A program made the translations under genes and the position numbers. Positions 23,080 through 36,078 of a stretch of DNA of 51,924 bases are shown piece by piece. Source of the DNA: Saprolegnia diclina VS20 (lineage: Eukaryota); the NCBI RefSeq assembly GCF_000281045.1, contig NW_008246068.1, positions 1,147,319-1,199,242 on the forward strand, given 5' to 3'. How positions within the stretch are numbered: the first letter of the stretch is position 1; every line of letters starts with the position of its first letter. The notes beneath the pieces were generated by a model, which did not search any database, had not been told where the DNA came from, and was given only the letters and a program-made list of their open reading frames with translations.

Positions 23080-25837
23080 ATGGCGTCGGGCAATGCTACC
23101 GTGAAGGCCGTCCTTAGCGGCGACACCGTCGTCCTCATGGGCAACGCCACCAACGGCCCTCCGCCGGAGCTCATGCTCACGCTGGCCTCGCTCCAGGCGC
23201 CCAAGCTCGCCCGCACGGCCGAGCAGCACGACGAGGTAGATGCTGCATATTGATCTTTGGTGCATGACTCATCATGCTATGGACGTTAGCCGTACGCGTT
23301 CGCCTCGCGTGAGTACCTGCGCAACCTCCTCATTGGCAAGGTCGTGCGCTTCAAGGTCGAGTACAAGGTCTCGGTCATTAACCGCGACTTTGGCTCGATC
23401 TACCTCGACGGCGAAAACGTGTGCGTCCTCGTTGCCAAGGCTGGCTTTGCCAAGGTCAAGACGCTCGAGCAAAGCCGCGATGGGTGCTCGCCCGACTTGG
23501 AAGAGATGCTGCGCGTTGAACAGCTCGCGATGACGGAGAAGAAGGGCATGTACGCCGAAGACAACAATGCGACGCGCCACGTGACGTGGGGCGGCGCGAC
23601 CGGCGAAGAACTCTTGGGTCGCTTCAAGGGCCAGCAGATCCCCGCGATCGTCGAAATGGTCCGCGACGGTGCGGCCATGCGTGTCATTCTCTTGTCGACG
23701 ATGCAGATCATCAACTTTGCGCTCTCGGGCGTCCAGTGCCCGCGCATCAACCCGCCGGTTGGCGCCGAAGCCACGGGCCCCGCGCCGTTTGCGCGCGAAG
23801 CCAAGCTCTTTACCGAGATGCGCTTGCTGCACCGCAAGGTCAACGTCAAGCTCGAGGGCGTCGACAAGTTTGGTGTACGTCCACTCTCCCTTCTCACGTC
23901 GATGTCTCATGCGGTACTAGAACTGCTTTGGCAGCGTCGTGCACCCGTCGGGCCACAACATTAGCGTCGAGCTCCTCAAGAACGGTCTCGGCAAGATGAG
24001 CGACTGGAGCTCCGAGTTTCTCAGCGTCGCGACGCGTACCGAGATGCGCAACGCCGAGAAGACGGCCAAGCTTCTCAAGCTGCGCGTGTGGGTCGACTAC
24101 GTCCCGCCGGTGCTCACGGCGACCGACACGTCGCTGACGGCGATCGTCGTCGAGGTCGTGAGCGGCGACTGCATCGTCGTCGCGCACAAGAACAAGAACT
24201 TTGAGGAGCAGCGCATCTACCTCTCGTCGCTGCGTGCCCCCCGCATGGGCAACGCGCGCCGCAACGAACCGAACGCGCCGTACGCGGTCGACTCGAAGGA
24301 AGGCCTTCGCGCCAAGTGCATTGGCAAATCCGTCTCGATTGAGATCGAGTACGAGCGCAACAACCCGAACTTGGCCGACAACAACGTCATGACGTTCGCC
24401 AGCGTCTTCCTCGAAGCGACGCCCGCCAAGAAGAAGGGGGCCGAGCCCAAGCCCCGCACGAACCTCGGCGAGTCGCTCATTTTCGACGGCCTCGCCGAAG
24501 CCGTGCGTCACCGCCAAGGCGAGGAAAAGTCGGCCCACTACGACCTTCTTGTCGCGGCCGAGGCGACGGCCAAGGCTGCGAAACGCGGCCTCCACTCGGG
24601 CAAGCCGTCGCCCGAAGCGCGCATCACGGACCTCTGCTTTGACGCGCACAAGGCCAAGCAGTACCTCCCGTTCCTCCAGCGCGAAAAGACAATGCGTGCG
24701 GTCGTCGAAGCTGTTTACGCTGGCAACCGCTTCAAGGTCTACGTCCCCAAGGAGAACTGCACCGTCAACTTTATCGTCGCCGGCATCAAGTGCCCGCAGC
24801 CGGCCAAGCCGACCAAGGACGCCGAGCCGTACGGCGAGGACGCGCGCCGCCTCGCGCGCCGGAGCGTCATGCAGCGCAACGTGCTCATCGAAGTCGAGGA
24901 CATGGACCGCATGGGCAACGCGTTTGGCCCGATGTTTGTCGGCACGAAGGACACGAAGAACGACTTTGGCGTCGCGCTGCTCTCGAGCGGCTATGCGCGC
25001 ATTGACGACTTTTCGATTGACCGGACCGCGTCGAGCGCCGACCTCCAGAAGGCCCAAGAGACGGCCAAGGCCGCGCGCTTGCATCTCTGGAAGAACTTTA
25101 TCGAGCAAGAAGAGGCGGTGGCCAAGACAGCGGTGCGCCGGACGGCCGACGAGGTCCTCCCGGTCGTGCGGCTCTCGGAGATTACGAACGCGACGACGTT
25201 CTTTCTCCAAAACATTGGCGACCGGACGCTCGCGACGCTCGAGCAAAAGATGAAGATGTTTACGGACGCGGTCGGCCTCGACGGCAAGACGTTTGAGATG
25301 AAGAAGGGCGTGCTCTGCGCCGCCCTCTTTGACGACGGCAACGGCCCCATGTGGAACCGCGCGCGCATCGAGGCGCTCACGGTGCGCGGCGTCCAGGTCC
25401 GCTTTGTCGACCACGGCAACACGGAGTTTGTGCCGACGACGCGCCTTCGCCCGCTCGACCCAGCGCTCTCGCAGTACCCGCCGCAGGCCAAGGAGTGCGT
25501 GCTCGGCTTTCTCAAGCCGTTTGGCGATGGCGCCGAGTACGCCGAGGACGCGGCCCATGTGTTTAACGACACGGCGTGGGGCAAGACGCTGACGGCGATT
25601 CTGCACGGCTATGACGGCAACGGCCGGCAGATGGTGACGCTCCAGCTCCAGGACAAGAGCGTGGCCGAGATCCTTCTGGAGCAAGGCATTGCCAAGGTCG
25701 ACCGCGCTGCCATCAAGCGCGCCGAGCCGTACCAAAAGGCCATTGTCGACAAGCTGCTGGCGGCCCTTGACCACGCCAAGCGCCGCCGTCTCTGCCTCTG
25801 GCACTACGGTGACGCCGAGTCGGACTTGGACGACTAA
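23080..25837 (+). CDS. SND1: Staphylococcal nuclease domain-containing protein 1 (Tudor-SN)
   Basis: VKAVLSGDTVVL...LASLQAPKL; repeated SNase domains (VEMVRDG, VVEVVSGD, VVEAVYAG); Tudor WNRARIE...VRFVDHGNTE; C-terminal LWHYGD. Introns 23236-23289 and 23875-23920. Confidence 0.96.
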
Positions 25838-25967
25838 GTGTTATAGTATATAGTTGTGCTATTAACGAGATACAAGTAGACTAGTCCCCTAATCGTTCTC
25901 ACGTCTTTCATAGTTGTAGCTTGGTTGAGGAATGTGAAATAGAGCATTTGGAGATTCCTTTATTAAG

Positions 25968-27455
25968 TTAGCCAAAGAGATGCTTCTCAAAGCGAATGTG
26001 GACCGTCGACGAGACCGCCTCGAGGTTCTTGAGCGCGAGTTCGAGATCCGACTTGGTGTGCGCGGCCGAGACGCAGAAGCGGACGCGGCCGAGAAGCAGC
26101 GGCGTCGCGGGAAAGCCGACCGTGACGACCGCCATGTCCCGCTTGAGGCACTGGCGGGAAAACTCGGCGATCTTGGAGATCGAGTAGAGCATGACAGGGA
26201 TCACGGGCGAGTCGAACTGACCGAGCGTCACGACGCCCATGTCCTTGAGGCCCTGCCGCAAATAGTTGCTGTTGTCGCGGAGCGCCTGGAGCTTGGTCGC
26301 GCCAATGGTCGTGCCATCGCGGCCCATGATGACCTTGAACGCCGCAAGCACTTGTGCCGTGATGACCGGCGAGAGGCTCGTGCCGAGCGTGTGGCCGGCG
26401 CTCGCCGTCTTGAGCACATGAATGATGTCCTTGGAGGCCGCAATGTACCCGCCCATCCCGCCAAACGACTTGGTGAACGTGCCCATGAGGATGTCGATCT
26501 CGCTCGGGTCCACGCCCGTGTACTCGCAGACACCGCGGCCGGTCGCGCCGAGAGCGCCAATCGAGTGAGCTTCGTCGACGTACATGTAGGCGCGGTACTT
26601 CTTGGCCACGTCGACGATCGACCGGAGGTTGCAGATTTCGCCTTCCATCGAGTAGATACCCTCGACAATCACAAAGATCTTCTTCCACGGGCGGTGCGTG
26701 CGCGGCTGGCCCTCGGCGATCTTGGTGCGCAGCATGACCTCGAGATGGGATGCGTTGTTATGCTTGAAGACGGCGACGGTCGCACCAGAGGCGCGCGCGC
26801 CGTTCACAATCGACGTGTGGTTGAGCGCGTCCGAGATGATGAGCGTGCCAGGGCCCATGAGCGCGGGAATCGAGGCTGCGTTCGTGCCGTAGCCCATGTT
26901 GTAGACAATGGCCGCAGGCTTGCCGATAAACTCGGCCACGAGCGCTTCCAGCTCTTCGTGCTCGGGCGTCGTGCCATACTCGCCCGACGGCGCGTTGCTG
27001 CACACGTTGCGCGCGTCGACGACGGGCAGCACCATGCGCGCGCACGTGCCCATCCAGTCGTCGGCAAACCCGAGATAGTTGTACGAGCCGAGGTTAAGGC
27101 AGTTTTGCGTCTCGTTTGTCCACGTCATCGACTTGTTGCCGTCGTGCGAGACGCGCTTGACGACGTCGATGCGCGCGCCCGGCGCCGACGACACGGGTCG
27201 GTTGAAGACGTCTTGGACGCGGTGGTAGATGCGGTTCGTGTAAAAGTTCTCCCATGCGATAAACATGTCGGCGACGCCCGCCCGGCGGTCCTCGGCCGAC
27301 TGGTAGCGCGAGTAGCCGATCCACGAGCCGACAAAGTCGCGCAGCCGGCCAAAGGTGATGAGGATCGCAAAGTTGAAGTAGCACAGAAAGGCCGCGACCA
27401 GCGGAACGTGCTCCGGGTCCTCCGCCTTGGGCTTCGTCGTCGTCTCCTTGGCCAT
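25968..27455 (-). CDS. LCB2: Serine palmitoyltransferase subunit 2 (long-chain base biosynthesis)
   Basis: Intronless 495-aa ORF with CLNLGSYNYLGFA, IVEGIYSMEGE, YVDEAHSIGA, the PLP-lysine motif GTFTKSFG and VGFPATPL. Confidence 0.96.
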   Translation of the reverse strand: MAKETTTKPKAEDPEHVPLVAAFLCYFNFAILITFGRLRDFVGSWIGYSRYQSAEDRRAGVADMFIAWENFYTNRIYHRVQDVFNRPVSSAPGARIDVVKRVSHDGNKSMTWTNETQNCLNLGSYNYLGFADDWMGTCARMVLPVVDARNVCSNAPSGEYGTTPEHEELEALVAEFIGKPAAIVYNMGYGTNAASIPALMGPGTLIISDALNHTSIVNGARASGATVAVFKHNNASHLEVMLRTKIAEGQPRTHRPWKKIFVIVEGIYSMEGEICNLRSIVDVAKKYRAYMYVDEAHSIGALGATGRGVCEYTGVDPSEIDILMGTFTKSFGGMGGYIAASKDIIHVLKTASAGHTLGTSLSPVITAQVLAAFKVIMGRDGTTIGATKLQALRDNSNYLRQGLKDMGVVTLGQFDSPVIPVMLYSISKIAEFSRQCLKRDMAVVTVGFPATPLLLGRVRFCVSAAHTKSDLELALKNLEAVSSTVHIRFEKHLFG

Positions 27456-27467
27456 CGTCCAAGATCT

Positions 27468-27486
27468 GCGAAATCCGAAAATGCTG
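27468..27486 (-). promoter_or_regulatory. Inr/FPR-like element of LCB2, with a CCAAT box near 27559
   Basis: Minus strand reads cagcattttcggatttcgc just upstream of the ATG at 27455. ccaatcaga lies at 27559. Confidence 0.5.
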
Positions 27487-28036
27487 CACCTCCGCGGAAG
27501 CCGCCACCGGATACGTGCGTCGCATATCCGGATGCACGGCCTCTAATGCGGAAATTGGCCAATCAGACGAGAGGAGGTGTGCGCGGATTGGTCCATTCGT
27601 AGAGCGTGGCGGCCAGTAGCGAAGGCCATAAAAAGGGACCTCTACCGACATGTCTAAGATCGCAATAAGATGATGATGCAATCAGCAATGAGAAAAGTCT
27701 GCGCAATCCGGTCTTCTTCTCACTGTCCCCGCCGACGACAGCAGTCCTTGGCGCCGCCATCATCGTACCTTGGTACGAGCGGTGTCGATTCGACGTAGGA
27801 AGAGGATGGGACGTCGTCGTGACGCGGTAGCGACGGCGTACAGGCGAGTGGGCGGCAGAACGTCCTTTGTCGGCGACGTCGTCCATGGTGCAGAGACACG
27901 AGACAGGCGTTCAAATCTTGGCGCGACAAGCGGTGCACACTCAATGAAATATGTCGTGCCACTTCGGCGCGGTTCGCCACATTGAAGATGACGTCGAACG
28001 GGCCTCGCGTCAGCCAAAGCTGTGTGTATTTTGCAT

Positions 28037-31000
28037 TTACTTGTCGGCGTATTTGAACTGGAAAATGGCATTGTCGAGGCCGCCCGTCGAGATCGCAAAC
28101 ATGTCGCCCTTGGTAAACGCGCAGTTGGTCACGTGCGACGAGTGCCCGAGGTACGTCTTGGCGGTCGCCTACATTCGCCGTGATCCCATCATCTTCGCTG
28201 TTTATGCCAACGTACGTGCGCCGCGACGCACGGGTACCGGAACAAGTTCACGTGGCCATTGTCGTCGACCGTGAGGAGGTCTCTTTGCGATGACGCGCGC
28301 GCCGTGGCGTTGACGTCGGTGCCGTCGGCGCCCTTGGGCCAAATACCTGCACCACCCTCGCCGTTGAGTCCGTTGCTCTCGACGAGACAATGGTACGCGT
28401 ACCTTGCACGGGCCAGCCCAAAGTGCATGTCCACGTGGCCCACTTGACGTCGCGCAGTGCATTTGCACTCGTGACCTGCTTGCCCTTGTCGGCTTGCCAA
28501 AAGAGGAGGTCGTATGCGCCGCAGTTGCTCTGGAGGTAGTTGGCATCCGACGAAAAGTCGAGTGCTGTGATGTAGCTGCTGTGGCCTTTGCACACACAAC
28601 GCTTGGTGTACGCCGGCGCCGCGAACAGGTAGATGCGCTGGTCGTGGCTACCGACCGCGAGCGTCTTGCCGTCCGGCGCGTACCGCAGTACCGAGATGGC
28701 CTTGAGGCTCACGCGCAGGTCCGCGACAACGTCGCCGTCCAGAGCTTCCTTGAGCACGACCACCTAGCACCGTGACGATGAGTCGTAGGTTACGGAGCGG
28801 GATAAAAGACCGAGCCGTCGTTGGCGCCGACGGCAATGTGGGTGCCATCGGGTGACATGGCGACCGCGCGCCATTTCTTGGGCATCGACTGCTTGGCGAG
28901 GAGCGTTCGGTTGGGGCCGTCCCAGAGCCGGACCGTGCCGTCGTCGCCCGCCGTGACAAACTGCTGCTTCTCCGGGTGCGGTGCGAGGCCCCAGAGTTCG
29001 CCGCCGGCGTGGCCTTCGATAAACTTGGTCACGACCGCGTCCTTCTTGGCCCGAATGTCGGCCAAGTCGACTTCGCAGATCTCGCAGCCTTGCGTGCCCA
29101 GTAGCAGCTTCCCGTCCGCCACACTGAGACTACGAACGCTGCCGTTGAGAGTCCAGGACCGATCCTTCTCCCGGGGCTTCATGGACGAGGATGCCAAAGA
29201 CGCTTTGCGCAGATCAAACGAGAGGAGCGGCTCGAGGCTGTAGCTCCAGAGCCGCACGACCCCGTCGCGGCCGCCAGACACGACGTTCTTGGCCTTGACA
29301 TCGTGCAAGAGGCAGTTGATCGCGCCCTAAGCATCCATGTCGAACAAGGTATACAGTCCAAGTGGTCGACCTCGTGGGCGTGGGCGAGGACGGTGCTGAC
29401 GCCCCGGCCTTTCCAGCGGTAGAGCGATCCGTCGGCTTGGCCCGTCACCGCGTCGTTGAGCACAAAGATGCAAGCGAGCACCGTGCCGCGGCTGTCGCCT
29501 TTGCCAAAGCTACCTTTCTTGAGGGAAATCGTAGTCTGGGACAAGCTCCAGAAGAGCACAGTCTTTTCGCCGACGCTGACTCCGTCACTGGCGAGCACAT
29601 CGAGGCAGAGAATCTACTCGCGCTTGATACCTTGATACATGGAAAACACAAAAACGTACTTTTTGTTTCGAAGCCGAGCAGGACGCGACGAGCTTGCCCT
29701 GGAGCGAGTAGAGAGCGAGGCTGTGGTCGTCGTCCATGCCATGTGACACAATGAGGTCGCCCGTCGCGTTGAACGCGACGAGCGCGACGCCGCGTCGGTG
29801 AAACCCCGCCATCGTACAGAGGCTCGACCCGCTGTTGGCATCCCACAAGATCAACTTGGGGCTCTTCCCGACCTCGCCACTCACGACCAAGTGGCCCTCG
29901 GGGTGCACCGCGAGGCAGAGAATGTCGTTGGTGTGGCCGTAGTGAAAGATCTGCCGGTGCGTCTGCTTGTTGTAGACAACGCCGAGCGCCGCCGTGTGGT
30001 AAATGCAGCTCGAGCTATCGGCGCCAAAGCGGAGGTTGTTGCGCGTATCAAAGCCGCGGTACCCGTGCACAAACACCAAGTCGAGGTTGCCGCTGGGTGC
30101 ATCGCCGTCATCTACACCCTACTTTTCATCTTTCAAAGGCGTCGGTACAAAGTACCTGGTTTCACCGTCCACCCACTTGGCTCGCGGATCGCGCCCAGCC
30201 AGGGCTTGACAGCGAGGAACTCGTCGCCGCCGTCCTTCTTGGCGGTGTCAAACGCGTGGCTGAGGAGCCGCTCGTCCGAGACTAGCGCCGCGTGCGCTTT
30301 CGTGGCGCTCGCGTCAGGCGCCGTGAGCGACGCGCGCTCCTTGATCTCGTCGGCAAAGTCGGTGCGCCACACAAAGAGCGTCCGATCAAAGCTGCCGAGG
30401 CTCAGGAGAAACGCGTTCCTTGCGCTGAAGCGAATCGTGTGCAGTGGCGAGGCGTGGCCATAGTACGTCTTCGCTGCACTGCGCTCGACGCACGGATACC
30501 ACAGCAGCTGCAAGCGGCCTTGCATGTCCCCGACGGCCACCACCGGCAGCTGCGACGAGAACGCGCCGCCGGGCTTCTCCGACTGGACGCGGTCCGAGCA
30601 CGAGAGTGGAATCCCCTACGTCCCTTAGTCAGCTACGTGGGCAGTTCGAAACGCAGTGGCGTACCTGAGACGCGCCGATGAGAGCCCAGTTGCTAGGGCA
30701 CGTGCAGCTGTGCCAATGCGTCTCACGGGCCGCGACCGAGTGCTCGAGGAGCGCACCGGTGGCCACGTCCCAGAACGCGCACTCGAGGTCCAGCGTGTTG
30801 CTACGCAAAATCGTAGAGTCCAAGTTGAAGTCGACGTGCGCAATCGGGCTGCGGCCTGGCATCGTCGACTCGCACACTTTCGAGAGCGTATACGACAACT
30901 TGTCCTTGATCGCGACCAAGTAGATCTTGGCGTCGTGGCAGGCGACCGCCAAGACAGAGGCGCAGGGTGCGTACTCGACGTCGCGACACGCGTGGTGACT

Positions 31001-34000
31001 TAGCGCCACTGTCGTCAGCGACACCAGCGTCGCCGCGTCGAGCACCGCCAGCGCACCGGACGCAAAGGCGACCGCCAAATGGATCTTGTCGTCGGCCATG
31101 GGCATCGGGGAGTAGGCCAACGCCGTCGGTGCCGAGGCCAGCACCATCGCGCGCAGCTGCAAGTGCGTGTGGAGGTCCCAGAGACGCAGCGTCTTGTCGT
31201 CACCCGCCGTCACAATCATGGCTTGCGTCGGATGGCACACGAGCCCCCGAATCGCTCCAACCGCGAGGCCATGCCACGCCAGGAGCACATTCGGCTCAGC
31301 GCTGCGCCGCGCGTCCGACGGCAGCGCGATCATGGGTGTGATGAGCCACTCGAGACACGAAGGAGAGAGCGCAATAAGGAGGCTCTCGTCCGTGACAATG
31401 ACGAGCGTGACGTCATGCGCGGTGACACCGACAATCGACGCCGACGCTGCCGTTGACCAACGCGCCGCTTGGATAAGCGACTCGGACGCTTTCGATGGCA
31501 CTTGCCACACGAGGAGCGATCCGTCCGAGGCGGCCGTCACGAGCGTTTTGAGAGCGGTGTGGAACAAGGCGACCTTGACCGGCGCCGAGTGGGCTTGCAC
31601 GACGCAGACGGCGTGCGTGTGCTCCCATAGAATCAGCGACCCGTCTTCGCAGCCCGTGACTGTGAGGTTGCCGCCGGCCGTCGCGACGCAGAGAAGCGTC
31701 TGACGCAATGCGACGCGGCCAAACACGCCTTGCTGCGACGTCAAGTGGTATCGGTTTTCGACAGTCCAAAACCGAATGTGGTTGACGCCACACGTGACGA
31801 ACGACGCGCCGTCGAGCGTAAACGCACCGTCCATCACCTAGGCAAAAACGATGTTTTCCATTTGTCGATGAAAGACAAGACAATAAGTGTACTCGCTCAA
31901 GAGTGTTTTGGGCCACGTCAATCTGGTGCATCTCTTTCCAGAGAAATGCCGCCACCGAGTGGTACCGGTCGGCAATGACAGCCAGAAGGAGGTCAGCGCC
32001 ATTGAACGCTAAGAAGAGCACGGGCGCACTCACGGCGTGCACGCCGAGCGTCTCCATCGACGAGGCGTCCCAGATGACGAGCTGGGAAAACGACCCGGTC
32101 GCAACGACCTTGCCGAGCGGATGCACAGCCACACTAGTCAACGACTCGAGTGCTTGCATCCGAGATGACGGTGATGAAGGTACCTCGTGATGCGCTGCTT
32201 GTGGTACACGTAGCGCGACTGGACGCGGGTCGATGGCTCAAACACGACGCCAAGTGTCGCCGCCGAGTAGACGATCGCACCCGTGTCGGTGCACCCGAGC
32301 ATGGCCCGGCCATTACTCCAATTCATGCCGTGCACGTAGGCGAGCTCGAGGTCCAGGTCCGGAGCTTCCCTACGCCAGCTCGCATGCCTCCTTAGAAATC
32401 ACAGTGTTGCGTACGCCTTGTGGTGCGGATTCGGTGTATAGTACGACGGTGTTAAGAGCGTGGCCATGGCGGGGTTGGGTCGGCTGCGCTCGCTTGGCGG
32501 CGTCCACTGCAAGAGGTGGGCGTCTGCGCACGGGTCTTCAGCCTACATTGAAATACCATTGTTGGCGATACTATAATAAAACAGTTGGTACCGCCGACAC
32601 GACGTGCTTGGGGCGCGGCTGTTCGTCGGCCGCCTCCTTTGTGATCTTCCACTGGCAAATGCAGTGGTCGGCAGTCGTGGCCGACACGAGGAGGCCGTCG
32701 TTGCGCGCAAACCCGAGAAACGCGAGGTCGTGCGGGCTGTGGCCCAAGACGCCTTTGGCGAGGTTGTCCAGCGCGGGATAGGCGCGAAGCGCGATGCTGC
32801 CGTTGCGGGTGACGGCCGCAAGAAGTGTCTGGTGGCGGTTGACGCACGCCGCCGAAATCTCGTCATGATTTGCATGCAGCATCTGCACCGAGTAGCCAAT
32901 GCGACTGCGAAACGAACTCCAGAGCGTATCGCGCACGTGCTGAACGACCGAGACGCGCGTCGCCGAGAGGAGGTCCCAGAAGCGGAGACTACTGCCGTGC
33001 TGGCTCTGAAGGTATCGATTGTCGACGGAAAAGTCGAGCGAGGTCCCGGGGACCGCGGCTTCGTTTGCGAGGGGCTTGAGGAGGCACTGCTGGCAGAGGC
33101 GGAATGTCGCCGCCGTTGTTGGTTCGACGCGGTAGACGTAAATGAGACCGTTGGCGCCGGACGCCGCGAGTAGCTGGTCATTGTTGGCCCACTGGATCGC
33201 GACAATGGCGGCCCGCGCATGTCGAAAGTTGCACAGCATCTTGGTGCACTTATGGTCCAAGAGCACAATCTATAGTGTAGTATGTCAGGATGACGCGGTG
33301 TGTCAGGATGACATACCGTGCCATCCGAGCAGCCCATGGCCAGCCAGTCGCCGCTCGTGGCGTACGCAAGGCACTGCCCGGGTGCATACATGAGCAACGG
33401 CATGCTCGTGAGCGGCTCGCGCTTCCGAAGACTCCAACGTCGCACGACGCGGTCCAGACCGCAGGACGCAAACTCGGCGCGCTTGGGCGTCGTCGCGAGG
33501 CCCGAGACAGCTTCGTGCTGATGAAACGCAGTGACGAGGGTCACTGCGCCCGAGACCTCGTTTACTTGCAGAATCTTGCACGAGCGGGTACCCACCAGCA
33601 GCGTTCCTTGGTTCGTCTCGTCGTTGTAGTTGTAGCAGAGGCTTGTGATGCGAAAGTCCGAGAGCGCAAGCGGTAATGTACTCAGATCCATCGGGTGGCC
33701 AATCGTCTGCAGCGTCGAGTCCCATTGGTGGATCGTCCCGTCCTTCCCGCCCGAGAAGAGCGACGCACGCGCCACGTACAGGCAGTTGACCGACTCCTTG
33801 ATCTACAAGAGCCCATGCATGTGAGGGGTAGGGTATCCGAGTATAGCCACCGGGTGGGCTTGCGTCGTCCGGACGAGCCGGCGGTTCTGGAACTGGTACA
33901 GCTGCCCGAGACTTGTCCCCACAATCACATACGACTGGTAGTAAACCACCGAGAGAAACCCTTGCCAGATGCCCATGGTACTAAGCGCGGCGCGCTCCTT

Positions 34001-35670
34001 TTTCAAAATGCGGTTGTCGACCGAGAAGAACTCGAGCGACTTGTCGCCGGCCACGACCTACCACACAATGATCCCAGATCCGCGATTCGAAATTCGGTAC
34101 CACTTCTTGGCCATTGTCGTGGATCGCGACCGCGAGCGCTTTGCGCGTCGACCCAATGCCGGACGCGACGACGCTCTTCGACGGCCAGTCCCACACGGCG
34201 ATGCGGTGGTTCGGGTCCAGTCCCACCGAGACGAGCTGCGTGTCGTAGCGCTGTGCAAACGCGAGGAGCGCAATGCCGTCGTCGTGAAACTGTGACAAGA
34301 TCGAGAGGCAGTCGAGCGAGAGCGGCGACCAGACGTGGATCGCGCAGTTGGGGCCGACGTCACCGGTCGCGACCTTGTCGCCGTTGGCGCACACGGCGAG
34401 CGACAGAATTGCATTCGTGTGCCCCTAGTTAAGGTGACCAAACAAGGGACGGGAGGTACACAATTACCTCGTAGTAGCGTTGCTCGTGCCGGACAGCGTT
34501 GTACACGATCGCATGGCGAGAGACCGAGTAGACAATGTCGCCGTGGCACGTGTACCGTACGTTGTTGCGGGCGTCGTACCCGCGGTAGCCGTACACCCAC
34601 TCGAGGGAGATGTTGACGGGCGGGAGACGGCGCGGCGCGGGCTTTGGGTTGAGTGGCTCGACCATCCACGGCTCGAGCTGGAACGGAGAGGCGCTCGTAG
34701 TGGGTTTCGTTGGCGGCGCCGGGCTCGGCGGCGGGGCGCAGCATTCGACCTCAATGTCCGAGTCGTCGTCGCTGGCCTACATAGACGTCCCGACAGTGTA
34801 AAATGCATCCGGAGAGTGTAAATTCCATACAAGAATACCTCTTGAATCCACTCGGCTTCGGGCACGCGCTCCTTGGCCGTCTCGGAAATGAGCCGGAAGG
34901 CGTCCATGTAGAGCATGAACTCGCGGTTGCTGCGCGCCCACGCAATAAACTCTTCGTAGTTGAGCGCATCGCTGTGGTCCTACGCTGCTTTGTTCGCCCG
35001 CCTCGTCCCGCGCAACATGGATCGCTACCCGGTCAAACCGCCCAAACGCTTGTTGGGCGACCTGGACAAACGTGGGGATCGGCGGTACGGACGCGAGGCA
35101 GCCGCCCGTGAGGATCGTGATCCCACCGTAGCACGACCGCATGAGAAGCGCCTAGACACGGCCATGATGACCTTTCGCATCATTCGCGTCGAGATGGCGC
35201 ACGAGCTCGATGGGCGAGAGCGATCCGTTGAGGTTGAAGTCAAAGACTTCAAAGGCAACTGTAAGTGGGATATGAGTAAGCTGCGCAAGACAGAGATAGG
35301 ACGTACACCGCGCCTTCTCCTCAAACGTGTCTTGGCAGATGACCGTGAGGCCGCCGATGAACTCGAGGCCGTCGATGCGCCCGTCTTGCTTGCCGTCGCG
35401 CGTCGCGTCGAGGATGGCAAAGATCTCCTTGATCGAAACCGCGTCCGGTTGCTTGAGCAAGATGAGCGACTCGAGTTGGCTCTCGGTGATGGCAAAGCCC
35501 CACGTCTTGCGGAAGCGGGCGTAGAGGTCGCGGACGTCGGCGAGCGTCCCTACGGCCAAGATGATGAAGAGGGTCGAGGCGCTGGGCGTACACTGCGAGA
35601 AGTACTTGGTCTCGCGCATGAGCTCGACCGGCTCCTCGTTGTAGCGCTGCTTCCCGAGGATCGTCCCCAT
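28037..35670 (-). CDS. EF-hand + triple HELP/WD40 (EML5/EML6-like) microtubule-associated protein, many short introns
   Basis: Starts MGTILGK. EF-hands DGKQDGRIDGLEF and DFNLNGSLSPIEL. Three HELP motifs: LEWVYGYRGYDARNN (about 34580), LELAYVHG (about 32340) and LVFVHGYRGFDTRNN (about 30060). Ends with the EML-type HSSHVTNCAF...STGGLDNAIFQF. Confidence 0.9.
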
Positions 35671-36078
35671 CCTCTTCGACGTTGGAAAGTGCGATCCACG
35701 GAAACATCCGGATAGTACGTATCCGGAAGATCCGCGGCCGTGACGTGGCAGTACCACAGCACGCATGCAGGTGAACGGCAAGTTCAAGGGCGATGCCGCG
35801 AGCGCTCGACGTTTGCGAGGCAGTCGCTAGTCGGTAGGTAGGTGGTAGTTAGTCGATTGCGAGGAGGTCGCGAGGCAGTCGGTAATCCGTCGCTAGTCAG
35901 TCGTTGGTCAGTTTTCACGCGGTACTATTAGTCGGTCCCTGCGTTCTCGATTGGAAACATCGGCCGCGTCATTATAACATGCGATTAGCTGCCACTCGAG
36001 CAACTTATCTACTGAATGACTTTGTCGCTTACGAGGTTCTGATTGGCTCGTCGAATTGCTCGTAGTCTACTAGGACTC

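Noticed and set aside
25980..27602. Long antisense ORFs, for example 25980-27602(+), 23894-25804(-), 37755-39323(+) and 49000-50151(+)
   Set aside because: These are shadow frames of GC3-rich genes on the opposite strand and show no recognisable motifs.
27563..27980. Short ORFs between the EML stop and the LCB2 promoter
   Set aside because: Three overlapping short frames with no clear start or splice support and no homology cues.
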